From Podarcis bocagei (Eukaryota): a stretch of 64,000 bases of DNA. The DNA is taken from NCBI GenBank assembly GCA_964188305.1, contig OZ076887.1; one strand, 5' to 3'. The position numbers were made by a program, and so were the translations under genes. The notes below the pieces were generated by a model. The model saw only the letters and a list, made by a program, of their open reading frames with translations. It had not been told where the DNA came from and did not search any database. Below are positions 1 to 11,759 of the stretch, piece after piece (position 1 is the stretch's first letter; the number at the start of each line of letters is the position of its first letter).

Positions 1-27
1 TGCCAAGGAACAACAGGAAACATTTAC

Positions 28-3000
28 CTGTCCGCAGCAATACTTCTGGTGCAATATAATTTGGTGTCCCAACTAATGAGTGTGCCAGACAGCGCTGGTG
101 CTGACGTGCTGCTCTACGTTCGAGTGGCTTCAACCTGTCTCCACATCTACAGCTTGCTGGATCTCCCCATTCATTACTGAAATCCATGCTGTCCTGACGT
201 GGGTGGTCACCTGCAATAGAAAACATTTTACAAACCAAAAGAAGCAATTGTGAAGGGGGTGACTGGGAAGCAAAATCTTGCTCATCTTTGCTGTATATGT
301 ACAGTGGTGCCTCGCAAGACGAAATTAATCCGTTCCGCGAGTCTCTTCGTCTAGCGGTTTTTTCGTCTTGCGAAGCAACCCTATTAGCGGTTTAGCGGAT
401 TAGCGCTATTAGCGGTTTAGCGGCTATTAGCGGTTTAGCGGCTATTAAAGGCTTAGCGGATTAGCGGCTAAAAGGCTATTAGCGGCTTAGAAAAAGGGGG
501 GGAAAGCGGAAAAAAGCGGAACACTTGCAAGACGTTTTCGTCTTGCAAAGCAAGCCCATAGGGAAAATCATCTTGCGAAGCAGCTCAAAAACGGAAAACC
601 CTTTCGTCTAGTGGGTTTTCCGTCTTGCGAGGCACCACTGTATTTTAAATGATGTCATTTCACAATAGTCATTAATATTTTTTGAAGTGGGACAAGATTA
701 CAAAAGACATCTAATATTATATAATGGGTGATTGAGACTACCTCTGCTTTGATAATGACTTCACAAAATGTTATGGTGCTCAATCAGGCAGCAATGTGGA
801 AAACCTGCTAGTAAATACAGATAAACGCTGCTACTATATATGCTAATATGCAGTAATAAAATGCTATTATTGCAAACATTTCTCTTACCACTCTGGTAGT
901 ATTTGGAATCATGTGTCCACCGAAAGCCAGTACAAAGCCCAAAGTCAGTCAATTTGATGTGGCCATCACGATCAATCAGAATATTATCTGGTTTTATGTC
1001 CCTATGAATGAATCCCATCTTATGGACACTTTCAACTGCGCAGATCAGTTCTGCTATGTAGAACCGGGCCATATTTTCTGGGAAGACCCCCATTCGAATT
1101 AACAGACTCATCATATCTCCTCCTGGAATATAGTCCATAACGAAGTATAAATTGTCTTTATCTTGGAATGAATAGTACAAACGAACTACCCACTCATTAT
1201 CAGCTTCTGCAAGGATATCCCGTTCAGCTTTAACATGAGCAACCTGATTCCGAAGTAACACATCCTTTTTACGTAGAGTTTTTGTTGCATATAAGGCATT
1301 TGTATCCACCTTTCTTGCTAAGCACACCTCTCCAAATGCCCCAATTCCAAGGGTCTTAATCTTAACAAACATTGATTTATCCATTTTTGCCCGTTTCAGA
1401 CGGATGTAGTTAGATTCCTTTTGGCATAACATTTTCCTCATTTGATCCTGGGCTTCTTGGGATAACCCAACCTATGCAACAAATATGAAATTTGACAAGT
1501 AAAAAAAACGAAGAATTGCTCATGGAAAATGTCTACAAACTCAGGTTTAGGACAAACAAAGCACCAGTCCTTAAATAGGAAATAATGCCTCCATTTTTAT
1601 TGTTTTAATTTCTGTATTGCAATATGTTAGGAGTCAATGAAAACACTTCAGAACAAATATGACACAAAATGTAGTTTTCAGGAATGGTTAAAAGGCGTGA
1701 TTATAACAAAGCCATACACTAAGAGCCATGCACAATGAGGCTCAGGATTTAAGGACAATTGGTTTGATGAGGGTCTTGACTGATGAAAATAGGCAAGCTG
1801 AACACAACATTCTGTTACTGCTAAGAGTTTGGGGGACAGGATGGCTTTGACTACTTTCCTTCATAGAAATGTTCTTAATAGTCAGCTAAAGCTAGATCTC
1901 ATTCACATTTCTTCTGTTTACATGACAAGCAAAGTAGTATTCTCCCGTCAGGATTCAAATCTTACTAAAGAAACTGCACTATTTCTTCCCATGTGACTTT
2001 CTACCCTTCACTGTTAAAGGACTCAATTTATAATTGTGTTGAACACAATCTTTAGAAGAAAAGGAGGGTGGAAAGTTATACAAATAAGTGTCTGGCAAAA
2101 TAAGTAATGAAAGTACTAAATAAACCAGCCACTTTTAAGTATACAGAATTAAGTAAAATACAAAAGTATAATTGTATCATTATCCCTGTGCTACTGCAGA
2201 CCATAAATAATTTTATAAAACAGGAAAAGGAAGGAAGATTAGTAATCTGATATAAATACATTTAAGTACAGTGAAAGAATACATGCTTAATTCAAATGCA
2301 AATAAGCATGCAGGGTCCCTAAGAAAGAGTCCATGCTATTCTGTAAATGCAACACTTGTCTCCAAAATATTACTTGCCTACCCAGTAACGAAGGGTAGAG
2401 ATGTCAGGAAAGCTTCCAACACCTTAATAGTTAAATCAGCTGTTAGTGAAAGTGAAAAGGAAAGAGACTAAGAATGAACATGTAGATAAAGCAAGAACTG
2501 GAATTTGATTTACACATCAGTTAGCTTACTATTACATAAAGATACAATTTAACAGGGATATTTTTTGAAAACAAAACTGCACTTCTAAAGAATGTCACAG
2601 AAGCAGAGAAAGGTGGTTCACCCTTGATTCCAGGGAAAGTGTAAACTAGAAATTAATAACATGCAGCTGAAATTCCAATGCTTATTTTTAACACAGGTAA
2701 TAAAGGCAATTCCACTGCTTTGTCAAAATATATCTGTCTGTAACAAATCAAAAGAACTCACAACTGATTAAAACAGTTCCTTCCTACGTCACATAATTTT
2801 GGAGGGTATACAGTTGTTGTTTTCTTTCAAAGAGGCCTTTTACATTACATCAAATAGCTTAACATAAAATTAGCAAGATTAAGGAAAACCCTTATATCTT
2901 GTTAGCCTGTATTCATCACAGGATTTATTAAATCTCTCAGTCTACTGAGTCACTTACTTCTAGGCTCATGTCTGCCACAAAAAATAGCTGCAAAGCTCAG

Positions 3001-6000
3001 ATTTAGAAGTAATGGTCCTAGCAGAATCAGTGTTGCTAGAGTTTGGGGGAAATAATACTTAATCTCTTTGGCACATTCCTAGGGAAGCTGCTTCTGACTA
3101 CACTTGTGTATATCCTTGGTTGGCCACATATAAATAAGTTTCCGACTTCCCCATTCCCAACTCTCATGGCATCAACAATTTGTTTCTCTTCTGAGCAATA
3201 AAGTTGAAAGTCGGCATACTGCATTTTTAGTTCACTTGTTTCTACCCATTTTCCAGTGCTTCCTGATTGCATGCATTCCTTTTATAGTTTCTTGAATGCA
3301 CCAACTTGGCTTCAGCAGACATAAGGAGATAGGTTCTTTTTTTGACCAAGAACCCTGTTTTCAAAAAGTAAGGTAGGCCTTTCCTACAAAGGTATAGACA
3401 ATGGCTAGAGAGCTTCAAGCTCTCCTGTGATTCCAGCCTGATACCCTGATTAGAGCAGCATTATTGCTGATTGTTAGAGGAGCTTTTGGTTTTTCAGGGT
3501 TTCCCCCCTGCAAATGAGATTCCTTCCATTAGGACAGGCTTCCTCAACCTCAGCCCTCCAGATGTTTTGAGACTACAATTCCCATCATCCCGGACAACTG
3601 GTCCTGCTAGCTAGGGATCATGGGAGTTGTAGGCCAAAAAAATATCTGGAGGGCCGAGGTTGAAGAAGCCTGCATTAGGATCTTTAAGTTTAAGAGATAT
3701 GTAACAACACCTGTGGTCTGAGGCGGAATTCTACCACTACTACATTAAAGAGAGAAACAGAGTGAACAACAAGAATCCATAGGACAAAACAGTATCCTGG
3801 AAATGCTGCCCTGGTACTTTAATTGAAGGTGAAAGTATAAATTCTGCAAATATATTATGGAACTGAATTTGAGATTGTACAGATACAGGCTTAGATCTTA
3901 GGCTCAGAGTCATTTCTGGTAGTCAAACAGCAACTCAGGATCAAAGCCATTTATCTGCTAGGTATAATATTTAATTATTTATTTATAGTTTTCAAAAGAG
4001 AGTAAATGTAGAACTATAACAAATGCTACATTCCTACAGAGCTAGACTATCATCAACTGTGCACATGGAAGAGGTAAGTTAGTAGCATATGTCACAAACG
4101 CCTGCTATAGAAATGACCAAAAACCTGAAACAGCTCCTTGCAGGAGCTTAAGTATATTTTGCTCATGCAACATTACTTCAGAAACAATTTTTTATAACTT
4201 TTCTTCCTAGACACAAATACCCAACACATCTACCTTCATACTGTTGCATGATATAATACATATAAGGGAAACAACTCAGATTCAACAAATTATCTAAGTA
4301 TGAATTTTGGGGGGCTGTGGCAAATGATAGTATTGCATCTAACAGTAACGGCCGGTGTGGTACGCTAGAGCCATAGACATGTCCTTCAGACACCAACACT
4401 GCTGCAGCTTACCTGGCCATCATTGGAGTGGAGTGTCAAAAAGTCGATCTGGTACTCCCACTGGTGCATTCATGGAGCCCCAACCTCGCTGATGCTCCAC
4501 CTAAACACTGCCCTGGTATGCTGCAGCAATGGCGCTGCCAGGAAGATGGCTCCACAGTTCTAACCCATTACACCAGCTGCTCCTGGCATTTGGGTATAAA
4601 AGATCTCAGATTCAGAGTGTTTGGCCAAGAGTAAATCACTGAAGGTCAGCCTAGCGCACCTCAGAGATTTGACACAATGATATAAGGCTTGAAAATAAGG
4701 CTTGAAAAACATTCCACACAGAAGCAACACAGAAATAGGAATTAAAAAATTAAAAGGCTTTACCCGCATCATTTCATTTTCCAGTTGTTTCTTACGATGG
4801 AGTCGCTGCTGGTGAGATTTCAGTATGTTTTCGACATGCTGCTCCATAAAGAACTTAAAAGCCTGAGGAGAATAGCTCTGAATGCGGGACTCCCTTCTTT
4901 CTTCATCTCTCTTGTTTTTCCTAACAGGGACTGGTGAAGTTGTTATTTGCTTCTTTTCTCTATCCATTCCCTCGCTGTTCTCATTCTTTTCACTTTCTTC
5001 GTCTTTAGGGAAACTGGGCTGATCCTCTTTGCCAGGCTTTGCAACAGAATCGTAAGGAGTGACAGGTGGATTTGGGTGTAATAAATGCTTCGGATAAGGT
5101 GGTGGTGGACCTTGATATGTTGGAGCCTCTGGCGCAGGTGACAGGACTGCCATATTTGTACATGGTCCCTCAGAAAAGGAGATGGGTTGGACAGCCTGCA
5201 TTGGTTGTGACATCCAAGAAGGGTGAGTAGGAGCTAAGGCAGTTTGCAGCTCTGGTTTCAGTACACGCATACTTTTTACTGGCTGCTGTATAGGAGCTGG
5301 AGTAACAGCAGTTACTGTGGTGGCAGAAGTCTGTGAATTGGTAGCATGACTTTGTCTGCTTCCAAGAGGGTTATTGAAGGAATTTGACCTTACTGGAATA
5401 TTAGGTTGCCAAGTTGGAATTTCATGCCCAGAGGACGATTGGGGCCAGGATGTTGGGATTCCAGGAACATTTATATTGTACAGCTCCATATTGTGGCTGT
5501 TTCTGTTTGGAACCATCATAGACTGAGGAATGTTCCCATTAGGATATGATGGGGCTGCAGAGCCTCCTGCTTGCATTTGCAAAGGTGTGGGGCTTTGCTG
5601 GCTTGCCGGAGACATGGGGTAAGGCGGTGGTGGTTGACGATTTGCTGAGTTACTAGGCACAATATTTTGATGAACAATATAATCAGTCTGACAATTGCCA
5701 TTTTGTATTCCAGCCCTTCCAGATGAAAAACTAAATTTATTGTTAACTGAACTTTGCATGATTATTGGTTGCCTGCCAACAGGAACAGAGCTAATACCTC
5801 TTTGTCCCTGTGTGGAAGGATTCATCGATGATGGATTTATAGGTTGCGGAGGATAGCCATCTTGCCATGCCCCTGGTGGCACTGGAGAAATGCGAGAGAT
5901 CATATATTCCATGCTACCAGAATACCGTTTTGTCTGAGAATTTGTTTCCCAGGAAGGAGGAGGTGGAGTTGTTCCTCTGGGAGGTGGAGTTGTTCCCCTG

Positions 6001-9000
6001 GGAGGTGGAGGAGGAGGGGTTACACTCCTTACTTGAGGTGGAGGTGGCGGATTTGCTCTTTGTCCATTACCAGGATGAGCCTGAGCAAATCCTGTTATTC
6101 CAGAGCCAGACAAGGGTCTTCCTCCATCAGGCTGAGAAATGGGATTCTCGGAATGAAATGCCAGGCCATCTACCAATGCAGGACCATGTCTCTGAGGCAC
6201 CAAGGATTCTTTAGAACCTTTCCAGCTCTGCCTGCGGTTGACTGACTGCTGCACTCCCCCTATTTGTTTTAAAAACAAAACAACAGTATGCTTTTTATTA
6301 CACAGTGCACTGTTATTTCAAAACAGGAATTTCATAGCATTAATAAATGTAATGTTTCATGGAAACAGAAGCAAACTTCAAATATATCTTTGAATAAACA
6401 ATATGAATGATTCATTTGAGTTTAAAAACATTAATTAAAAAGAACTTACTTCTAGGAATAAGGGGCATGAACTAATTCAAATTTATGCACAGAAAAAGAC
6501 TGGAAGATCCTAAAGAGTTTATACCCTCAAGCATGCTTTCCCCAACCATTTTTTATTTTTAAAAGTTAAGTTTATTTTCCCTCTCTTGGTTGTTTTGTTG
6601 GGAGCCATTGTCCATTTTTTTAGGGGGTATTGCCTACTTTGTTTTATTTCTTATTTGAGGAATTAAGAGACCTGACTGGGGTGGGGAGGACCCGAAATAT
6701 CACAGGTGTTTCTTCTGAATATTTTGTGTAACTACATATTACAAACAACTGCATGTAACTGAGCCCAAACAGATTTTTCCCCCAAAAGGAAAGCAGCAAC
6801 AGGAGGACACTATTTTTTCTATCCAGATACCGTATTTTTCGCCCCATAAGACGCACTTTTTCCCCTCCAAAAATGAAGGGGAAATCGGGGTGCGTCTTAT
6901 GGGGCGAATGCCTGCAAGCCTCGCGCACCCGGCAGGAGGTCCCACCGGGTGCGCGAGGCTTGGGGCGGCAGCCTGTCGCCCGAAGCACGGGGAGCCCTCG
7001 GGAGGGCTCCCCCTGCTTCGGGCGAGTGTCTGCAAGCCTCGCGCACCCGGCAGGAGGTCCCACCGGGTGCGCGAGGCTTGGGGCGGCAGCCTGTCGCCCG
7101 AAGCACGGGGAGCCCTCGGGAGGGCTCCCCCTGCTTCAGGTGAGTGCCTGCAAGCCTCGCGCACCCGGCAGGAGGTCCCACCGGGTGCGCGAGGCTTGGG
7201 GCGGCAGCCTGTCGCCCGAAGCACGGGGAGCCCTCGGGAGGGCTCCCCCTGCTTCGGGCGAGTGTCTGCAAGCCTCGCGCACCTGGCAGGAGGGCCCACT
7301 GGGTGCACGAGGCTTAGGGCGGCAGCGGACTGCTTGCGCGCACCTAGAAGCTTGGGGCCCGCTGAGCTCAGCACGCCCCAAGCTCCTGGTGTAGCGCAGC
7401 GCACCTGGGGGGGAAATAAAATTTTTTTCCTTTATTTCCCCCCCCCAAAATCTAGGTGCGTCTTATGGGCCGGTGCGTCTTATGGGGCGAAAAATACAGT
7501 ATTTATTTGCACCAAATTGTTCCTATGCTCAAGAGGCTTTTCTCTCTTTTGTGGTTAATTTCTGAGTATGATAGGACAAAGAAAATTGTGGAACTCCACA
7601 AGAAAGTCTCTGGGGGAAGGAGGCATTTGATTTTCAGCACAGACATGGCAGGTGGAGAATAGACTAAGCATCCCTCCCTCTTACACTCCTTTCCTGAGGC
7701 AGTTTTTCATTTTTTTAAAAAAAAGGCTTAGTTATGCACATTTGAATATAATATGTTAAGTAACCCATTGCTGTAAAACTTGGTCCAGATCTCTACGTAT
7801 TGCCTCTCTCCGGCTATACCCAGTTTTCCAGATGCCAACCCAAAGGTGGGAGAGAAATGGGGCTGGAGCTAGCCAGATGAGATGAGGAAGCATTCTTAAC
7901 TTACTTCCCTTCTTTGTGCAGGGGCTTCCTGGTGCACTGAGTTAGAATGAAAGCAATAGCAAAAAGACACCCCCCCCCCCGTTTCAACAGGCCTTTAATT
8001 AAATACCCACTTCAAAAGTTAAATAACACCATCTCCGTCCAACCCGATGTCAAAATGAACTGAATACACAAAAGTACCGTATTTTTTGCACCATAACACT
8101 CACTTTTTTCCTCCTAAAAAGTAAGGGGAAATGTCTGTGCGTGTTATGGAGGGAACGCCTACGGGTGGCATGCCTACAGATTTTCCTCCTCTAAAAACTA
8201 TGTGCGTGTTATGGTCTGGTGCGTGTTATAGAGCGAAAAATACGGTAATTGAGCTGCAGTAGTTTGTTGTAACATTGTGTAACACTGAACATAAAATTTT
8301 GTAGCATATATAAATGGAAATGCTACTTTTTAAAAAGTCTTGTCTTTATTGTTTGGATGTTGAACTTCCAAAGCTTATTTCTCTGTCCTCTACCATAAGA
8401 TTTCCAACCACGGCGGAAGTGGCCAGTTTCACATCTTGTTTCCAAGGCCATATATTAGAAGTGGTTTAGTCATTCTGGCCACATGACCCAGAAAGCTGTC
8501 TGTGGACAAACGCCAGCTCCCTTGGCCTGAAGCGAGATGAGCGCCGCACGCCATAGTCGCCTTTCACTGGACTTAACCATCCAGCGGTACTTTACCTTTT
8601 TTATCTTTACACCTACCTGGTGGTTTTGTGCCAGCGTTAACAGGTCTAGCTGCTGCCGCTGCCATTTGTTCTCGCCGAGAATCTTGGTAGCTCATTTTAC
8701 TTATGAATTCAATTGCTGCTTCTATACTGCGGCTGTTGGTTTGTCTCAGAGCTTGTACAACCATATCCTATTTGGAGAGTGGGAGGAGAAAGGTTTTAAA
8801 ATAAAACCTTCAATAACTCACAACAAAAAAGGGTGGAAGGAACACATTCAAACCTTTAATGCACCATGAAGATGTCTAGATAAGATCTAGATTTCAGTTC
8901 CCCAAATGTGGCCTAATTTGCATACTATGCAAAGTATTTGCTAATTATGCAAATCATGTGGGCAGTTGGGAAAGGATGTATCAACCGTCTCCTGCTGGTA

Positions 9001-11759
9001 TCTCCTTCCAAATTACACCTTCCAGATGGCAGGGCTTCTTATATACTTTTCCATGGAGAGTATAATTTAACCCTCAAAGACTAAATAAAAATTGAATAGA
9101 TTTTATATATTGTAAGAATTCTAAGACTGCAATCCTTTTCTGGGAGTAAGCCCCAATGGACACAGTGAGTCCACTTCTGTACAGTATATGGTTGAATTTA
9201 CAGTTTAAGTTATTATCAACTCTCTTGCAAAGGCTGATGCATCCTTCGCAGTCTGTCCTTTTTCTTCTGCACGGAAGTGCCTTACTATATTTCTATCTGT
9301 CTCTGTAGCTTGGTGATTCTTTTTTTGTCACTCCTTAAGACTTTTAAACGACATTTTATCTAACTCCAATACTGATAACTGTGAAGTTGAAAATGCAATA
9401 CTATCCTATTCAGAAGTAAGTTCCATTAAATTCAGTTTGGCTTACTTTCAATAAGCAGGTACAGGATTGTAGCCTTAGGCTTCTTAGTGCATAGTGTTGT
9501 ACAATTAGCTATTAAACTTGAGGCAAACTTTCCCTGAGCTCTATTAGAATTTAACATTTATTCTTCCTGGTACAATGTATTTTAAGGTTGGGGATTAGCA
9601 GTGTGGGAGAAAGTGTGATGCGGGATTAGGAGGAAAGAGTGAGTGTGGGGATTATACTGATGGCAGGGTGGGATCAAAAGCACACTGAGCTGCTTCTTTC
9701 TCTCTCTCTAGAATACATAAGAGAGTGAGTGGTCTTACAGAAAACACAAGGCAGACAAAAAAGAGGGAGAAGGGGAAAGGTAAAGATAAAGGTAAAGGTC
9801 TGAGCTCTCTCCTGACTCAAGTCAGTAGACTGAGGGAAGGTGCTCTCCTTTAGAGGGTAGTTGTGCCTGATTTCAATAGCTCCACTTTTTGGAATAAACA
9901 GGAGCAGCAACCCAACTGAGGATATATTCATCCACCAAATCCATTCCTGCCACCCAGACAAAGGGATGCCTCCCAGCTGCAAGGGAGTGGGAAAGAAAAC
10001 AGGGGAAACTCTCCCTTACATCATGCAGTACGTTTCTCAATTCAGTGCTGTATGTTGCAGGCAGCAGAAATAGCTGCAAGGGGATATCTTGCCACTTTCC
10101 CTTGAAACTCCTACTCCCTAGTTCATTACATATTCCTTTCAACAGTGGCAACAAAAAAGCACTGGGTGTGAGAGAAAGTAAAGCAAGAGGTGAAGACTAT
10201 GAGAAGACAAACACAAGATAGATAAGATGGTGTCCATAGAGAAGAGGTTTAAGAAAAGGAAGTGACAGCTTAAAACTGTCTCTGATAAAGAACTCAAGGA
10301 AGGTAATTCAAACAACAACCAAGACAATGGCCAAAATGAACTAAATCAGCAGCAGAGTTAAAAGGATGGAAGAGACCAGAGGAAGCTGAGAAGAGCAAAG
10401 CTATAAAGCTATAAATTAATAATTAATACTACACCAGTGCCTTGGCAGTGGAAGCGGACAACAAAAAATACATATTAGTTATATTTATGTTTGAACAATT
10501 TTTTGAAACAGCTTGAATAAAGAGAGGAATTAAAAACAACTTTAACTTTAAAGGAGAAGAATGATGCAAAGTAAAAGAAAATAAATATAGTGTACGTAGA
10601 GAAGTAGAAAAGACCAATAGCCCAGTTTGGCAAACGTTAAGAGAAAGCGAATGGAAACACATCTCGCCAGAAATAGCAAAAACTCAAGCAGAGTTATCAG
10701 AAATGGAAACAAATATAGAAGTGAAGCTGCAGGTTCAGCATAAAACAAAATAACTAACAAGATTGTGAGGAAAGAGATAAAGAGAAAATGATCCAAAGCA
10801 GATGATTGACAGACTCCAGAGAAGAGAGAAATATGGCAAAGGGACTTCCTCTGGTAAGCATGTTAGGAATGCAGCCTCAAAAACATGATGCATCTTAAAA
10901 GTATACAAGTTACACTGAAAGAGTTGGGTACTTGGGCTGATTTGTTGCACCATCTAAAGCACTTGAATTTTATGCACTAACAAAACCCCAAAAATAATAA
11001 GATACAAGAAACAGAAAACACAAAAAGAGCAACAGTGTATAAAATAATCATCTCATTAACATTACTTATGGTATTAACTTTAATCAAATAAGAGGTTGCT
11101 AGCAATCTGAAATGCTTGTGGAAAAGACCTGAACCACAATCAATAAAGAAAAACAAATCCTTTTGAAAACCAATAGAACTAATTATAATCACTAGAAAGC
11201 CAAAGTTATACACTCTGCATTTTGGACTGAATTCTAGACAGGAACATTAAGCTTATACTAGGAATGTGCATAGGAAGCAGCAAAATATTACCCACAACAC
11301 TGTTTTCTGAGACCCCAATAACAAATTACAAGCAAAACATTCACAATGATTTCATATGGCTTTTGCACTATCATTAATATAAGTAACCACTTAAATTTGT
11401 TATTTTACCTCATCAAATCCAGCAGCTTGTAGATCTTGCAACATCTGCCGATTAACTTCTGATGCTCCTCTTGTTGAAGAACTTGTTTCATTTGCAAAGG
11501 GAAGCAGAGAATTTCGAATTTCTTGTAATGCTTTATGGTAGGTCACAAATTTAGGGGGATTTCGACCCTGTCTGGGATCATCAGTTGATATTTTACCCAC
11601 ATTTTGCTCAACTTTTGCAGCTTCAGAGGGCTTAGGCAAATTTCTAAGGCTTTCTCGTATTTCTTGCAACATTTGCCGGCTGCTACCAGTGTAATTACTG
11701 GCAGGAAAAGTTTTAGGCCTCATTTGTCTATAACCTTCTGGCTTCTCACTTCTCTTCAT
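28..11759 (-). CDS. LATS1: Serine/threonine-protein kinase LATS1 (Hippo pathway), spliced, 3'-partial
   Basis: Coding exons (GT-AG, phase-consistent): 11409-11759 (starts MKRSEKPEGYRQMRPKTFPASNY), 8617-8767 (UBA region), 4764-6259 (two PPPPY motifs, VRSNSF, MOB1-binding region), 889-1471 (GIGAFG, HRDIKPDN, DFG), 28-210 (activation loop AHSLVGTPNYIAPE). Later exons lie beyond the window start. Exon 2 acceptor is at about 11886. Confidence 0.98.
302..640. mobile_element. Tc1/mariner-pogo (Tigger-like) MITE with internal TTAGCGG repeats, copy 1
   Basis: Perfect 20-bp TIR CAGTGGTGCCTCGCAAGACG, TA on both sides, repeated CGTCTTGCGA submotifs. Confidence 0.9.
3535..3672. mobile_element. hAT-type palindromic MITE
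   Basis: CAGGCTTC...GAAGCCTG termini, near-palindromic body, perfect 8-bp TSD CATTAGGA (3527-3534 / 3673-3680). Confidence 0.9.
6830..7499. mobile_element. TA-flanked Tc1/mariner-pogo-type MITE containing a 118-bp GC-rich tandem array
   Basis: 27-bp TIR CCGTATTTTTCGCCCCATAAGACGCAC (1 mismatch), TA TSD. Internal units start at 6913, 7031, 7149 and 7267. Confidence 0.9.
8077..8245. mobile_element. Short relative of the 6830-7499 MITE (no array)
   Basis: CCGTATTTTT...AAAAATACGG termini, TA flanks, similar subterminal GTGCGTGTTAT repeats. Confidence 0.85.
8457..8609 (+). mobile_element. Sauria SINE 3' fragment
   Basis: Similar to 19072-19448. ACCTTT-type tail that ends a few nt from the LATS1 exon 3 donor. 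Confidence 0.8.

Noticed and set aside
380-492. Interstitial telomere
   Set aside because: The unit is TTAGCGG, not TTAGGG, and it is internal to a TIR-bounded MITE.
6644-7558. Seven overlapping ORFs, and the superficially CRISPR-like look of the palindromic array
   Set aside because: The ORFs arise from a GC-rich, stop-poor 118-bp tandem repeat inside a MITE. Units are near-identical with no unique spacers, there are no cas genes, and the context is eukaryotic.
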